From NCBI RefSeq assembly GCF_009914755.1, contig NC_060945.1: DNA of 64,000 nucleotides; one strand, given 5' to 3'. Source of the DNA: the human T2T-CHM13v2.0 reference genome, Homo sapiens. Shown here piece by piece: positions 1 to 61,835 of this stretch. A model generated the notes under the pieces. The model was not told where the DNA came from, did no database searches, and saw only the letters and a program-made list of their open reading frames with translations. The stretch's first letter is position 1; each line of letters opens with the position of its first letter. The position numbers and the translations under genes are program-made.

Positions 1-50
1 GGGCGACAGTGTGAGACTCCATCTCAAAATAAAAAAAGAGACTCCATCTC

Positions 51-87
<37 letters not shown>
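1..87 (+). mobile_element. Alu 3' end with duplicated terminus and A/GAAAA tail
   Basis: gagactccatctcaaaa occurs twice. Confidence 0.85.
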
Positions 88-243
88 GTCATGGAAAGCA
101 GCTCAGGTGCTTCTTTGTTTTATCACTCCCAGGAAAGTGAGGCTTTTTAAAAGGTCCTACTCTCAGTGATGTTCCACAAACTTTATCATCAAAGACAGAC
201 AACACTCAATACACTCTAGAAAATCTCCATGTGCTTAAAGTCA

Positions 244-612
<369 letters not shown>

Positions 613-1399
613 TCAAGGAGAATATGTCAAATAGTACTTAAAGCTGTTAAGGCTTCCAACCAATTCTTGAAGTCCTTGAAGGTTCGTAGGAAAGTCAAAG
701 AGGGGAGAAATTGCCTGGAGAAAACGGTTAACGACGCAGGGCTGGATGAGGAGTTAGTCTGTGGATTGAAGAAGTGAAAGGTTATTAGACATAAGGCTAT
801 CATTACCTCTACTTGATCTTTAGAAGAACAGAACGGGAGGAAATATCCTAAAGAATCCAACACAAGGAAGTTTGTGGACAGGAATGCTGTTGGATGATTG
901 CATGAAGTTGGGAAATCTCTCCAACTTGTTTCATTAATAAGAAAATAAATCATGTCTGGGGTAGTTTAGCCATGTTCTTGCTCTTGGCTTGAAACAATGG
1001 TTGTCAAGTTGCTGCCGGGGGCTATAAAACTTGATTTGGTCCCGAGTTGAGGAAAAGGACGCTCGGCTCAGCTGTGAGTCACTGGAGCCTGGAGCCACTT
1101 GTCCACCCATCAGAAGTTCTCACAGCAATTTGCACGGAAAACCAAAGCTGAGGTTAAGCCTCGTCGAGTCAGAAGTCTGACTCTGGCTGGTGAATAACCA
1201 GTTAAAATATTTCAGCTTTGACGCCACCTGAAGGCAGGTGTGGGTTGGGGGTGGCTAATTACATCCAGAGTGGGACAAAGTTCCCCGGGCAGCTGTGTTT
1301 GCAGCCGTGACAGCAAACATCGCAAACAGCAGTCAGGAGCCAGGAAAGCGATCGAGCGTTTTGCTGTTACCTTTTAAATTAAAAAAAAAAAAAAAAATG

Positions 1400-1742
<343 letters not shown>

Positions 1743-2062
1743 CTAGTTTTAAAAACAAAAGTCTCTGCACTGTTTGGTGACACATTTGCTTGCTGGTTGT
1801 TTTGGGAATGTTCCACTGAATCTTGGAGGGATGCTCTTCATTAGGGCCCATGCATTTCCGCCTAGTGTGCGCCATCCACGTTCTCATTGTTCTTCTCCTT
1901 AAAAGAATTATTCGGCCTGAGTAAGGGCCTAGCAGCCTCTCACAATTCCCAATTTCTCCCAAAGTACTGACAGTGATCCAAAAACAAAGAAAAGAACCCC
2001 AGTTCCACAAACATCAAATTAAAGATTCATTCAGACAATATTTTGTAATGATATTTTACTGA

Positions 2063-2359
<297 letters not shown>

Positions 2360-3669
2360 CTAATAGTAATGAATGATTCAGTTTTACTGACAATGAATTC
2401 TTTTTATTGAGAAACCTAAATCATCTAATAATGAGATAACAATTATTTCAGGGGGTGACTGAGCCGATGTTAGTAGAATGACTGAGTATAGCACATCGGG
2501 CTATTCCTCTTATCCTAAATTGATGAGCTGGATATTTGAATAGAATTCTTTTCAATTTTATATTTTTACTGATGCTTTCAAGACCCATATAGTAACTGAA
2601 AATCTAGGAACACATTTTAGCTCTGTTTCTAAAGCTCTGGACACTAAACAAATCAGTGTCCAATCTACCAAGTGGAGAACCACCTGCAGTAAAAAGATCT
2701 TAGCTTGGGAGACTAAGATACGAAGATACTTAGAGCATGTGACATGGGTATTTTTTTCACTGTGGTATTTACTGGGAGTTTCCACTGTTTTTTAATTTTA
2801 TCTATCAAGCCTCTCTAATAGACTGTCCCAAGCTGGGCACCAGAAGGTTATATAGGAATGGTTGGGATGTATGGGGACAGTCCAGGGAATATGATTGTTT
2901 AAAACCAAATAAGGCACAGTAATACACCGCTAGCTTCTATATTTAAATGCCAACATGTACCCAGGGGGCATCAGAATGTACTACAATTTTAGACATGAGA
3001 TTTACATAATGATGTCAAATAAATGCCTTTTTCATTTGCTATTTCCATTATGTAATCATCGAGCATAATAAAGATCACTTGTCATAAAGAACCATTTTCT
3101 ACTGGACAGTTACATTCCATTAATCATTAAGGTAGCATGGAGAATTAAAAGGCTTGAATAATCATGTTTTACCATTTGCTGAAAAGGGACAACAAATATA
3201 ACTTAATGAACAAAGTTGAAGAATTCATTAGTGATCTTATTAATAAGAGTGAATCATTGGAGATGAGGGTTTTCGAGGCTCATGAAGACTTGAAAATTTC
3301 AAGTGATAATTCAAACTGGATAGAACACTTTCAGCTATTGGTTTGAAGCTTCAAAGCTTTGATGGCTAAGGAAGTATGTCTTCCAACAACACCTAGACCC
3401 AGAAAAAACATGGTTAACAGTAAAAGATGTTGGGAGCCTTTTCTCCCCATGGTTCATCCGAACTGGGCAAATTCTTTCTCTTATCTCTCCAAATTATGAT
3501 CTTAATTGTTAAATTTTTCTCTTAGAATACAGCATGAATAATTTGTACAACCCGTACTACACAATACTAGTTACATGGAAAATACAAACCACATTTTAAA
3601 TGATTTAACATTGGTTATAAGGCAGTTCCACAATTATTCCCCAGAAACCTATACACTGATCTTCAATTC

Positions 3670-5559
<1,890 letters not shown>

Positions 5560-6148
5560 TCTCGTACATTTTATAGGTCTCTATATTATAAGTCCCATAA
5601 TACATCATCTTTACTTTTGCTTGACTTTTAAATATATTTAACTGATAAGATAATAAAGTATTTGAATCTACCCACATTGTTACCATTTCCATTGTTCTCT
5701 GTGTCCTTGGACAGGTCCAGATTCCCACCTGCCATCACCTTCGCTCTGCGTGGAAGACTTCCTTAAAGAGAACTCGCACTGCAGGCTACTGACACTGAAC
5801 TCCTTCAGCCTTGTGTGTCTGGAAAAGTCTTTAATTGGGGAGCTGATTATAATCCCCAAAAACACAATCCCAAACACCATAACCCCAAACGCTGAAATCC
5901 CAGAAGATCAAACCTGAAAATCACAACCCCAAAAGATCAAAATCCTGAAAATATAATTCTGGAAAAAATAATTTTTAAAAACATTTAAAAGATATTGCAG
6001 TTCAGAAACATATCAAAACAGGACTGCACACTTCATAGACCACTTTATACAACAAAATAGGTGATAATAATAACATATACTTTGCAAGCGTAAACACTCA
6101 GGTAAACTAATGACAGTCGCACAGGTTATGAGCAGATGAACCACATTC

Positions 6149-6457
<309 letters not shown>

Positions 6458-6711
6458 TAAAGAAATAGGTCAAAACGGAAAGGTAGAAACACATGTCACT
6501 ATCGGTAATTGCGCACACCCAGCTTTCTAACTGTGGTCATCTGAAATACCAAACGAACAAAGTGTCTTTCAACAAGATCAATCAAAACCCCCGACGGGTC
6601 ACCACTGCATGTAGTTGCCCAAAGAGCCGAAATCTGGATAAATTTTATCTTTCACAAATGCAAATGTACAAAAAGAACATCTCTTCATTTACTGAGGAAG
6701 TTTCAACATTT

Positions 6712-7050
6712 TCTGATGTCCAAGGCAGCAGAAGAAACGTCTGTCCCAGCTCTCAGAGATAGACCAACTTGCCTTCTGTATTTGTTCTCTCGGGCACCCC
6801 AGCTGATTGGATGGTGCCTGCCAGCATTGAGGGCAGATCTTGCTCACCTCGTCCACTCAGACTTGCACAATAATTTCCCCAGGAGACTCACAGACACACC
6901 CGAAAGAATACTTTACCAGGTTTCTAGGTATTCTTCAATCCAGGTAAGTTGACATCTGAAATTCAGTCCACATGTGCCAACCCTGGTCAACTTGGCACAC
7001 ATAGGTATCTCATTTGACCATACTTAATTTCCAAATAAAGACAATAAGCT
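6712..7050 (-). mobile_element. MaLR (MLT1-type) LTR fragment plus LTR/internal junction inside Ricksha
   Basis: ctcacagacacacc...ctttaccag...aatccag.taagttgaca then gtcaacttggcac...catacttaat.tccaaataaagacaataa, typical of MLT1. Confidence 0.65.
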
Positions 7051-7449
7051 GATAGTTTTACTTAACATGATGCAACTATGCTATGATTGTGATTTTCAGG
7101 ATTTTACCCTTTAGGGATTTTGATCTTCTGAGATTTCAACATTCGGGAATATTGTGTTCAGGGTTGTGTCTTTCAGGATTATTATCTAAACCCCTTTATT
7201 TGGCCTTCTTTTTTGAAAGATATTTTTGCTGGGTATAGAATTTATCCTGACAGTTGCTTTCAATGCTTTCCCTATGTTGCTCCAGTGTCTTCTGGCTTGC
7301 ATCTCCTTGATGTGAATTTGACGTGTCATCATTATCTTTGTTCCTCTGTATGTGATATGTCTTTCCTCTGGATTCTTCCGGGTTTTTGTCCTTATTACTG
7401 GTTTTCAGCAATTTGATTAGTAAATGCCTTAACATAGTTTTCTTCATGA

Positions 7450-7808
<359 letters not shown>

Positions 7809-8906
7809 TGAGCCACTGCACCTGGCTTCACTATTTCTTCAGATATTTTTTTCCATCTCTTTCCCTTTTCTTCCAAGGACTCTTCAAAAACTCTAATAAC
7901 ATATATTAGGCTGCTTGAAGTTATCTCAAAGCTCGCTGATGCTCTGTTCATTTTCTCCCTCTTCTTTTTCTGTGCATTTTATTTTGAATAGTTTTTTTTT
8001 TATTGCCCTAGCTTCACTGATCTTTTCTTCTGCAATATCTGACCTGCTGTGAATACTATCCAGTATGTTTGTCATGTCATCACTGAAATTTTCATCTCTG
8101 GAAGTTCAATTCATTTTGTTTTTAAAAAACTACATCTTTCATGCCTTTAACAGGTTTAATTATTTAATTATTCCTCTAGCTTTTAGAACATCTGAAAAAC
8201 AGTCATAATTTCTCTTATCTTTGTCTACCAATTCTGTCATTTCCAAGAAGATTTGATGGGTTAATTTTGCTCCTTATCATGAGTTGTATTTTCCTGATTC
8301 TTTGCATGCGTGGTCATTTTTGATTGGGTGCTGTCCTGATTTTGCATTGCTGGGTGTGAGGTGTTCTTGTATCTCTATAAAATATCCTTGAGCATTGTTC
8401 TGGGATTCAGTGAAGCGTCTTGGAAACACTTTGATCTTTTCCACGTTTTGCTATGAAGCTTTGTTCAGTGGGACCAGAGTAAGGTTTAGGGGTCATTTCT
8501 CCTCATTTTTAGGCAAAATGCTTCTGAGAACTCTGCCCAAATTTCCCTAAATTAGAGAATTTTTTCTCTCTGCATGCTGGGAACAGGTCACTTCCTCACA
8601 TGCGTGCTTGTCCGTACTCAGCTGAGAGTCATGGGGTCCTCTGTTGAGCTCTGGCGCTGTCTCTGCACAGCCCTCTCCTCCCCCATACCCTGCCCTGAGA
8701 ACTCTGGCTACCTTGTCCGTCCTGGACCTTACCTTTGTCTCATCAGTTCAGGGACTGCTGTGCCCTGCCTTGTCTCCCTCTCTGCACTGTGGCCTGGGAA
8801 GTCTCTCCAGTCCATATGCTGGGCAGTCATGGGATTCACCTGGCTTGTTTTTCATCTCTCAGGGACCACTGTCTTCACTCCTGATGGCCATATATTGTGT
8901 CTGGGC

Positions 8907-9205
8907 TTTTTTTTTTTTTTTTTTTGAGACGAGTCTCACTCTGTCACCCAGGCAGGAGCGCAGTGGTGCGATGTCAGCTCACTGCAACCTCTGCCTGCTG
9001 GGTTTAAGCAATTCTCGTGCCTCACCTCCCAAGTAGCTGGGATCACAGACGCCCACCACCACGCCCGGCTAATGTTTGTATTTTCAGTAGAGGCGGTGTT
9101 TCACCATGTTGGCCAGGCTGGTCTCAAACTCCTGACCTCAAGTGATCTGCCCACCTCGACCACTCAAAGTGCTGGGATTACAGGCATGAGCCACCACGCC
9201 CGGCC
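8907..9205 (-). mobile_element. Alu (S-like)
   Basis: TSD gtgtctgggctttt. Confidence 0.9.
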
Positions 9206-9664
9206 GTGTCTGGGCTTTTTAGCTGGTTCAAGCAGAAGAGTTAAGTCTAGTTCCTACCCCATCAGGGTCAGAAGCAGAAATGTTTAGATCAGACAATTGA
9301 ATTGCCTGTGTGAGCCCCTCCATACAGTATGAATGGCAGATGCAAGACCCTGGTGAGGGGTGGTGGCGGGTGAGAAGGAAGACTGGCTGGCAGGAAGCAG
9401 GGCCAGGCCCTACAGACCTGGAGGCTGCAGAAAGGATCTGTGGGTATTCAGAGAGCTCTCAGGATCCAAGGGAGGACGCTGGGCTTGGTGTGTGGGCCAC
9501 ACTGTAGAATGTACACCTTCAAGGGTTACTGAGGTGACGGCACGGAGAATAGACTTCCTGGGACAAGAGTGGAAGCTGACAGGCACTTAGGAGGTGTCAG
9601 CTGGAAACCTGGAGTCGGGGAATAGTGGAGGACATGGTGAAATATGGACATTTTCTTTTTCTTC

Positions 9665-9785
9665 CTTTAAGAGATGGGGTCTCACTATGTTGTTCAGGCT
9701 GGTCTTGAACATCTGACCTCAAGTGATCCTCCTGCCTTGGCATCCAAAATGTTAGGATTACAGGCATGAGGCACCACACCTGGTC
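9665..9785 (-). mobile_element. Alu monomer (FLAM-like)
   Basis: Left-arm consensus only. Confidence 0.75.
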
Positions 9786-10282
9786 TTAAAACCTGGACAT
9801 TTTTGCAAACACTTGGATGTCAAGGTGGGAAGCAGGGCAAGTCCAGGATGAAGCTGGGCTCTGAGCTTGTGTGTTTAGTGATGACAGGGCTGTTGGCTGA
9901 GCATAGGGTCAGTGGGGAAGGGCCAGGTTTGGGGCCGGGCCGGGGAAAGGGCGTGTGAACTCTATGAGCTGGACGTGCTGAGCTTGATGATCCGGTGAGA
10001 CCCGCAGGTAGAGAGGAATTGTACGCTTTAATTCAAGGAAAAAATGGCAAAATACAAAGGACACATAGGACTCTCCTGAGGCCAGCATGCCTCTTCCAGA
10101 CGGTTTTAGATAAGCAGCAAGGGCAGCCTCTGGGTTTCTAGAGGCTGTTTCCTACAACATGGAGGCAGGTGCCTCTCTTTCCTTCATTACCTTGCTGTAA
10201 GATTTTGTGACTAAAACTCAAGAGAGAAGAAAACAGCTAGTGTTCAGGTCAAGCCCCAAATTGTGATGCAAATGTGGTGACG

Positions 10283-10891
10283 TGAAGGAAGTAATGTATG
10301 CAGTGGTCCATCTCCAAGACAAACTGCCTTGAATTGGCTTAGGTCAGCAAACTACCTAAGAAACAGGATACACTAGACCTCTGCTTGGATCATCAATGCC
10401 TGCTTGTCAGCCTCCCCCTTCCCCCTTTCTCCCCTCCCCCTTCGTTGCCCTCACCCAAACCAAAGAAATTTAGTCTAAGATGAAAGTTTACTAGCCTGCA
10501 AAATAGCTCATTTTATCTATTCGTATCAGCGTGCCCAGCTACTTAGGTCATAAGTCAAATGCTTGAAGAGCCCCTGGGCTGACTAGGATTGCAAAGCATT
10601 GTGGGCTGCAACAAAATGCAGCAGGAAAACCCTAAAAAGACACCTAAGACCCCTGCCCAACAACCAATAGGTGATGTCTGGGAAGGTTGTGAGCCCATAG
10701 TGCTCAGCCTATGAGGAACTCGGGGAGGGACCTGCACACTAGGGGATACATTGTTTGTTGAAACTGCACTGGGTGTGCCTGCCCATCAGACACCCAATCT
10801 TGCAAGACCATCATTAAAAGTCTCACTTCTGCTGTTCTTCGGGTCTCTGAGTCCGTTCTTTGGGTTTGGACGGGTGAGTCTGTTTCTCACA
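10283..10891 (+). mobile_element. Solo ERV1-class LTR (LTR9-like)
   Basis: TG...CA ends, 609 bp, 4-bp TSD gacg/gatg, CCAAT at ~10664, ATTAAA at ~10813; family from recall. Confidence 0.75.
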
Positions 10892-11883
10892 GATGCACCA
10901 GTGTTCAGGAGGAACTGAATGTCTCACTCGGGGAACAGGCTATATTGGCAGGAGTGAAGTCTTGGGTCTGGTCCTCCCTCTACCCAGAGGTGTGCTGAGC
11001 AGTGGTGTGTCTCTAGACAGGTAGGTCCACATTCCAATGAAGGGTGCCTTCCCCATGGTCTCCCTCTTTATAAAACACATAGAAGGCAAGCCTGTCAGTG
11101 GGGAAAGAACGGGCTACTTGGCTCCAAGACAGTCTGGATGTGGCTGCCATGCTTCGAGGACACGGAATGCGAGCTGCCTGCACTTGGGAACCCTGGGCTC
11201 AGGGGAGCCACATTCCCCGGCTAAGGGAGGAGAAGCTCTCAGCTTCACTGGAAGCAAGGCTTGGGTGGAAGGGGAGGCCCCGGCCAGCTTTGTCCGGGCA
11301 ACCCAGCGCCACTTCCAGATGATTCTGATGATTGCACCGCCATACAGGCAAGGTCACTCATCCCTGTCAGGCCAGAACGAGGACCCCTGTGAGAATACAC
11401 TCACACCAGATGTACAACCTGATGGGGAAGAAGCCAATGGCCCGCTCTGTTCCCCTCTCTACGGAGCTTGTGCCTGATGCTTGTGAAAAGGCCGTATTCA
11501 GACTGTGTGCTTGTCAGTTTTCCACCACACTGCATGGCTTTTAGCAGAGCAAATCACTAGGTGGTAATTTGCACCCTGAAAGAAACATGGGGGCGCTGAT
11601 GAATCGAATGTGCATGCTAACATGCTAACAACATCACCACCGTTTCTCCCTGCAGTGTTCTGAAAGGCTGAAAGTCTGCCTTTGTGTGCAATGAGAACCA
11701 CACAGGGCTGGCACACACAAGGACTTGCTCACAGGTGGCCAAAGGTGAAATGAATGAATCCTACTTCCTGGCAGAATTCATTGCTGGCAGATGCTACCTA
11801 AAATACAACAAAAATATCCAAGGCTTGGTTCTCACAGGTTAAATCCTCAGAAGACTGGATATGTAAGGTGTTTCCTAACTTTA

Positions 11884-12225
<342 letters not shown>

Positions 12226-12615
12226 TCAATATTTGATCAAAAGATCAATAAGATAAGGGGTCATTCCAGACCATCTGCCCAAAGAAACTCCTGCTGAAGT
12301 ATTCGCCTCTTTCTAGCTGTCAATCTTTTTGGTGCCTGTTCTCTCTCAATCTAAGCTTTACAAAAAATGCTACATGCACCCTCTTGGTGGCTTTTTTTTT
12401 TTTTTGGCAATCCCTGTGAAAGCTTCTGATACCTCAATATCTCAGGGAACATTTCAAATAATCCAAACATTTTATGAGTTCTGGACCTGAGAGGAATCAA
12501 GATGTGGCTGACGGCAGGAATCGTGAGCGTTCTCAAAGTATATGAACTGCACCACCTTCCCTAACAGGCAGCGGGAGCAGAAGGCCAGCAATTGAAAACA
12601 CGGGTCACAGCACCT

Positions 12616-12621
12616 TTTATT
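12616..12621 (-). terminator. Distal polyadenylation signal AATAAA
   Basis: tttatt on + strand, ~3 kb past the stop, followed (minus strand) by GT/T-rich sequence. Confidence 0.7.
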
Positions 12622-13504
12622 CGTCATCATACAACCTGATGTGACAGGAAATACAGCCAACATCTCCAAACAGTCTTAATGCCTTTCACAATCCAATGGG
12701 AAAGCCCAAGACGCCGCCTCTAGTGGAGAAGCCATGAGCCTTCCGCCTTTGGATGCCACAAATGGGAACGATAGAGGTACAGGAGGTCTGCCTTCCACGC
12801 CGGACCCTCCAGCGCAGTCCCATGCCGGACACAGCGAGGCGGCACTTGGCACAGAACGTTTTCCTGAGAACACGTCACACGCTAGAGCATTCCAGAGGCC
12901 CGAGCCCCTTCTCAACCCACAGACCAGGATTCACGGGGAGCAGCTGTACCTGTGGCCTCCCCGCAAGACTCACACCAGTGGATGGCACTCGAGTCCACAG
13001 CTGCACGGAGCCATGGGTCCAAAACGAATTCTCCACTGAGATGGGTCCACAGAGCCTGGTGGCCACAATGGCTGGATCTAATGTCTTCCTTTATGAATAC
13101 ATCTGTGCACCTGGGATCAGTTAAAAAACGAAATACTTCCTGTCATGATGATCAATATGCAGAACTGCGTATAGGTGAGGACTCTTCTGCCTGGGTGGTA
13201 CATGGTTGTTGTATTTTGCTATCTAGTTTCTTTGATGCAAATTTGTAGCAATTGCTTTAAGACAACCCATTTTGCCTCAGACAGTGACCCTATTAAGACC
13301 ACGTATGTTTACAGAAAACTTGGGAGTTTGATTTTTCTTTAGAGTTCTCACTTATAACAAGAAGTAAGAGGTGTCTGTGTATTGAGATAAACAGTGGTAT
13401 ATACCACACAATCTAAATTAGGTTCTTTAACAACATTTGATGCGGTCTTACTCTAGGCACTAAAACAACTTCTTTAAAAAAATAAAATTGTGATTTCCAA
13501 GGCC

Positions 13505-13510
13505 TTTATT
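13505..13510 (-). terminator. Candidate proximal polyadenylation signal AATAAA
   Basis: tttatt on + strand with a T-rich downstream element on the minus strand (13476-13490). Confidence 0.45.
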
Positions 13511-15606
13511 TTATAGGGAAGAGGAATAAAAGATCAATGCTAGTGGGTGTTTCGTCATGAGCCCAAAGCCCGTTGGGAGTCTCTGCGAGGTCATTTGCCC
13601 TTTAGATTCTGCAAAGGCAAAAAGAAATCGATACTGATTTTTAAAAATATATCTTAGGAGCCCTGGTCTCCTGCTGATTCCATGGATGCCTGGAGCACTT
13701 GTATCTGGAGAATGGAGACAATATCACCCCAAGCCCGAATTCATTTGATGAGACTACTATGTATAAAACAGTTAATTATATACATAAATAACATAAAATA
13801 ATTCTCATAAATTAAAAGTCAAATGATCTCCCACTATTCATTCAACTGAGAGGTGAGAGCTAGGCGCGAGTGATGGTGGGTAAGGTGAGGAGGTGAGCCC
13901 CACAGACCCTCCTGCATGCTGCCTGGGGATGAACTTTCCTTAGTTCATGAAGGCATATATTGCACAAAACAAATTCCAGCCCTGTCCTCAAAAGTCTGCT
14001 GTTTGGAGTGAAGTGCTGAGAAAGTTGCGTTTTGAAAAACACAATCATCCTTTGTTCTGCTGGCAACATCAGGACTGCTCCTGATCAATTACTCAGCCAT
14101 GCCAGTGTTTCCTCAAGATGGACTCCCAGTGAGTGCAGGATCTGGGATAACTGGCAAAGCAGGACACCTTAAGGCAGGTTTGTCCTCTCACTGTGGCCAC
14201 AAACAGAGTACCAGGAAAGTTAAGAGCAAACTTCTCCCCACACCTCTCAGTGTTTCTTGTCGTGGGCAGCAGGAGGGCTGGGTGCCTCCCCCAACCCTGG
14301 CCCCTGCCCCCGAAACTGGTACACAGACGTGACAGCACGTGTCCCCGCACACGCAGACCTGGCTGTTCACCGCACATTCAGTTTTAGGGGCAATTAATGC
14401 TTCTATTAGTGAACTAACCTCTCTGCTTTCATTACCACCTGGCAGGAAATAGCATTTTCTCTGTGTTTCAGAAATACCTACACTTTTCCATTGTAAAGAG
14501 CCAAACTCATTCAATATTTTTATAGAAAACTGGTCATGAAATACACCAACCTTTGGAATTGAAGTTTAAACAGAAGGAAAATATGAATTTTCCCCCGTTT
14601 CTTCCACTCGGGATTCTGGCTGGGCTTCAGCCAGAATGGATACATTTGGATTGCAGAGAATCCTGAGACAACCCGGAGGAGCCCCTGGGGGCAGCAGGGA
14701 GGCTCACTCCTCACACACAGCCGCGCGACCCTCTGCATCTGGGCAGCTGTGAAGGGTGGACAGGGACAGATGGTCCTACAGTGCACATGACTTTATCATG
14801 TTAACATAAAACTAAAACACAATATTGGCCATAACAGTCTTGAACACATAATGTATGTTTGAAATAAAGTTAAAAAAAAAAAAGGAAAAAAACTCTATTG
14901 GAAATCGATTCATGGATATTACTAAGATGCCTTTTGAGCTGGAGTCAGTGACCTCACGTGACCCCTTGCACATGATGACCGTGATGACCTCGAAGGTTGC
15001 AGGATCAGGTGCGGCTCAGCACGCCTCATGGTTTCAGCCCATAGTTGTATAAGAACCGACTCCACTCCTAGTTCAAAGAGAATACACGTTACTTTAACTT
15101 CTATGTGCTCGCTTGCAAAAAAATCCAGAAGTGAGGAGAAAATGTTCCCTGCTGCCTGCTGCCACCTGTGAATACTGTCTGTGTTCTCATAGGAACCGAG
15201 CTCTAAAAGAAAAAAGAAAATGAACCATTTGTGTTCCTAATAACTTATCTCCTGCCTCTTAAAATCCTGCTTCTCTCTCAGCTTCACTTTCCCGAACCCT
15301 GTGTCGGGCGAACACTGGTTCTGTAAGGGGAGGCAGATGCGGCCCCGGCCCAGGACTTACTGCCTTGGTAAGGCATGGTGTGGAGCCCCATCCAGTTTAA
15401 AACTCTGGCCTGCCAGAGGTCCCTTCTAGAGTTAAGCTGACAGACCGTAATGGTTGCTGGCGGGGGATCTGGAGATACTCTGCAAAGCTAAGTCAACCTT
15501 ACATTGCAATGTATGACTTTTTGTTTGTTTGGTATCCAGCAAACACATCTAAACAAATCCCAAACATCCCTCTGCAGTTCTTGCCCCGAGTCTCCCGGAA
15601 CGCAGC

Positions 15607-61596
<45,990 letters not shown>

Positions 61597-61699
61597 TCAT
61601 ATGTCTCCATGAATCCCGGCGCAGCGGAGGAGGGGTGTGTGCTGAGAGGCGGTGATGACAGTGATGACGGCAGCAGACGGGCCTGTGGTCACTCCACAT

Positions 61700-61835
61700 G
61701 ACAGACACCATTTTCAGAGCTTTACACACATGGCTGATACGGTCGTGTGACTGTCCCCTTTTCACAGATGAGGCAACTGAGCACAGAGACACGCCTGTTG
61801 CAGGGTCACCAGTCACAGAGCTGAGAACTCCTCCA
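61700..61835 (-). mobile_element. MIR fragment
   Basis: ttttcacagatgaggcaactgagcacagag. Confidence 0.6.

Larger units (their letters stand above)
12595..15606 (-). other. PRDM15: PRDM15 3'UTR (~3 kb; end approximate)
   Basis: No recognisable repeats between the stop codon and the distal AATAAA. Confidence 0.7.

Noticed and set aside
1075-1081. AP-1 site TGAGTCA in a non-repeat patch (possible enhancer)
   Set aside because: A 7-mer expected several times by chance in 64 kb; no other support.
12714-12727. CTCF-like motif (CCACTAGAGGCGGC, minus strand)
   Set aside because: Mismatches in the conserved GGC part of the core; not supportable from sequence alone.
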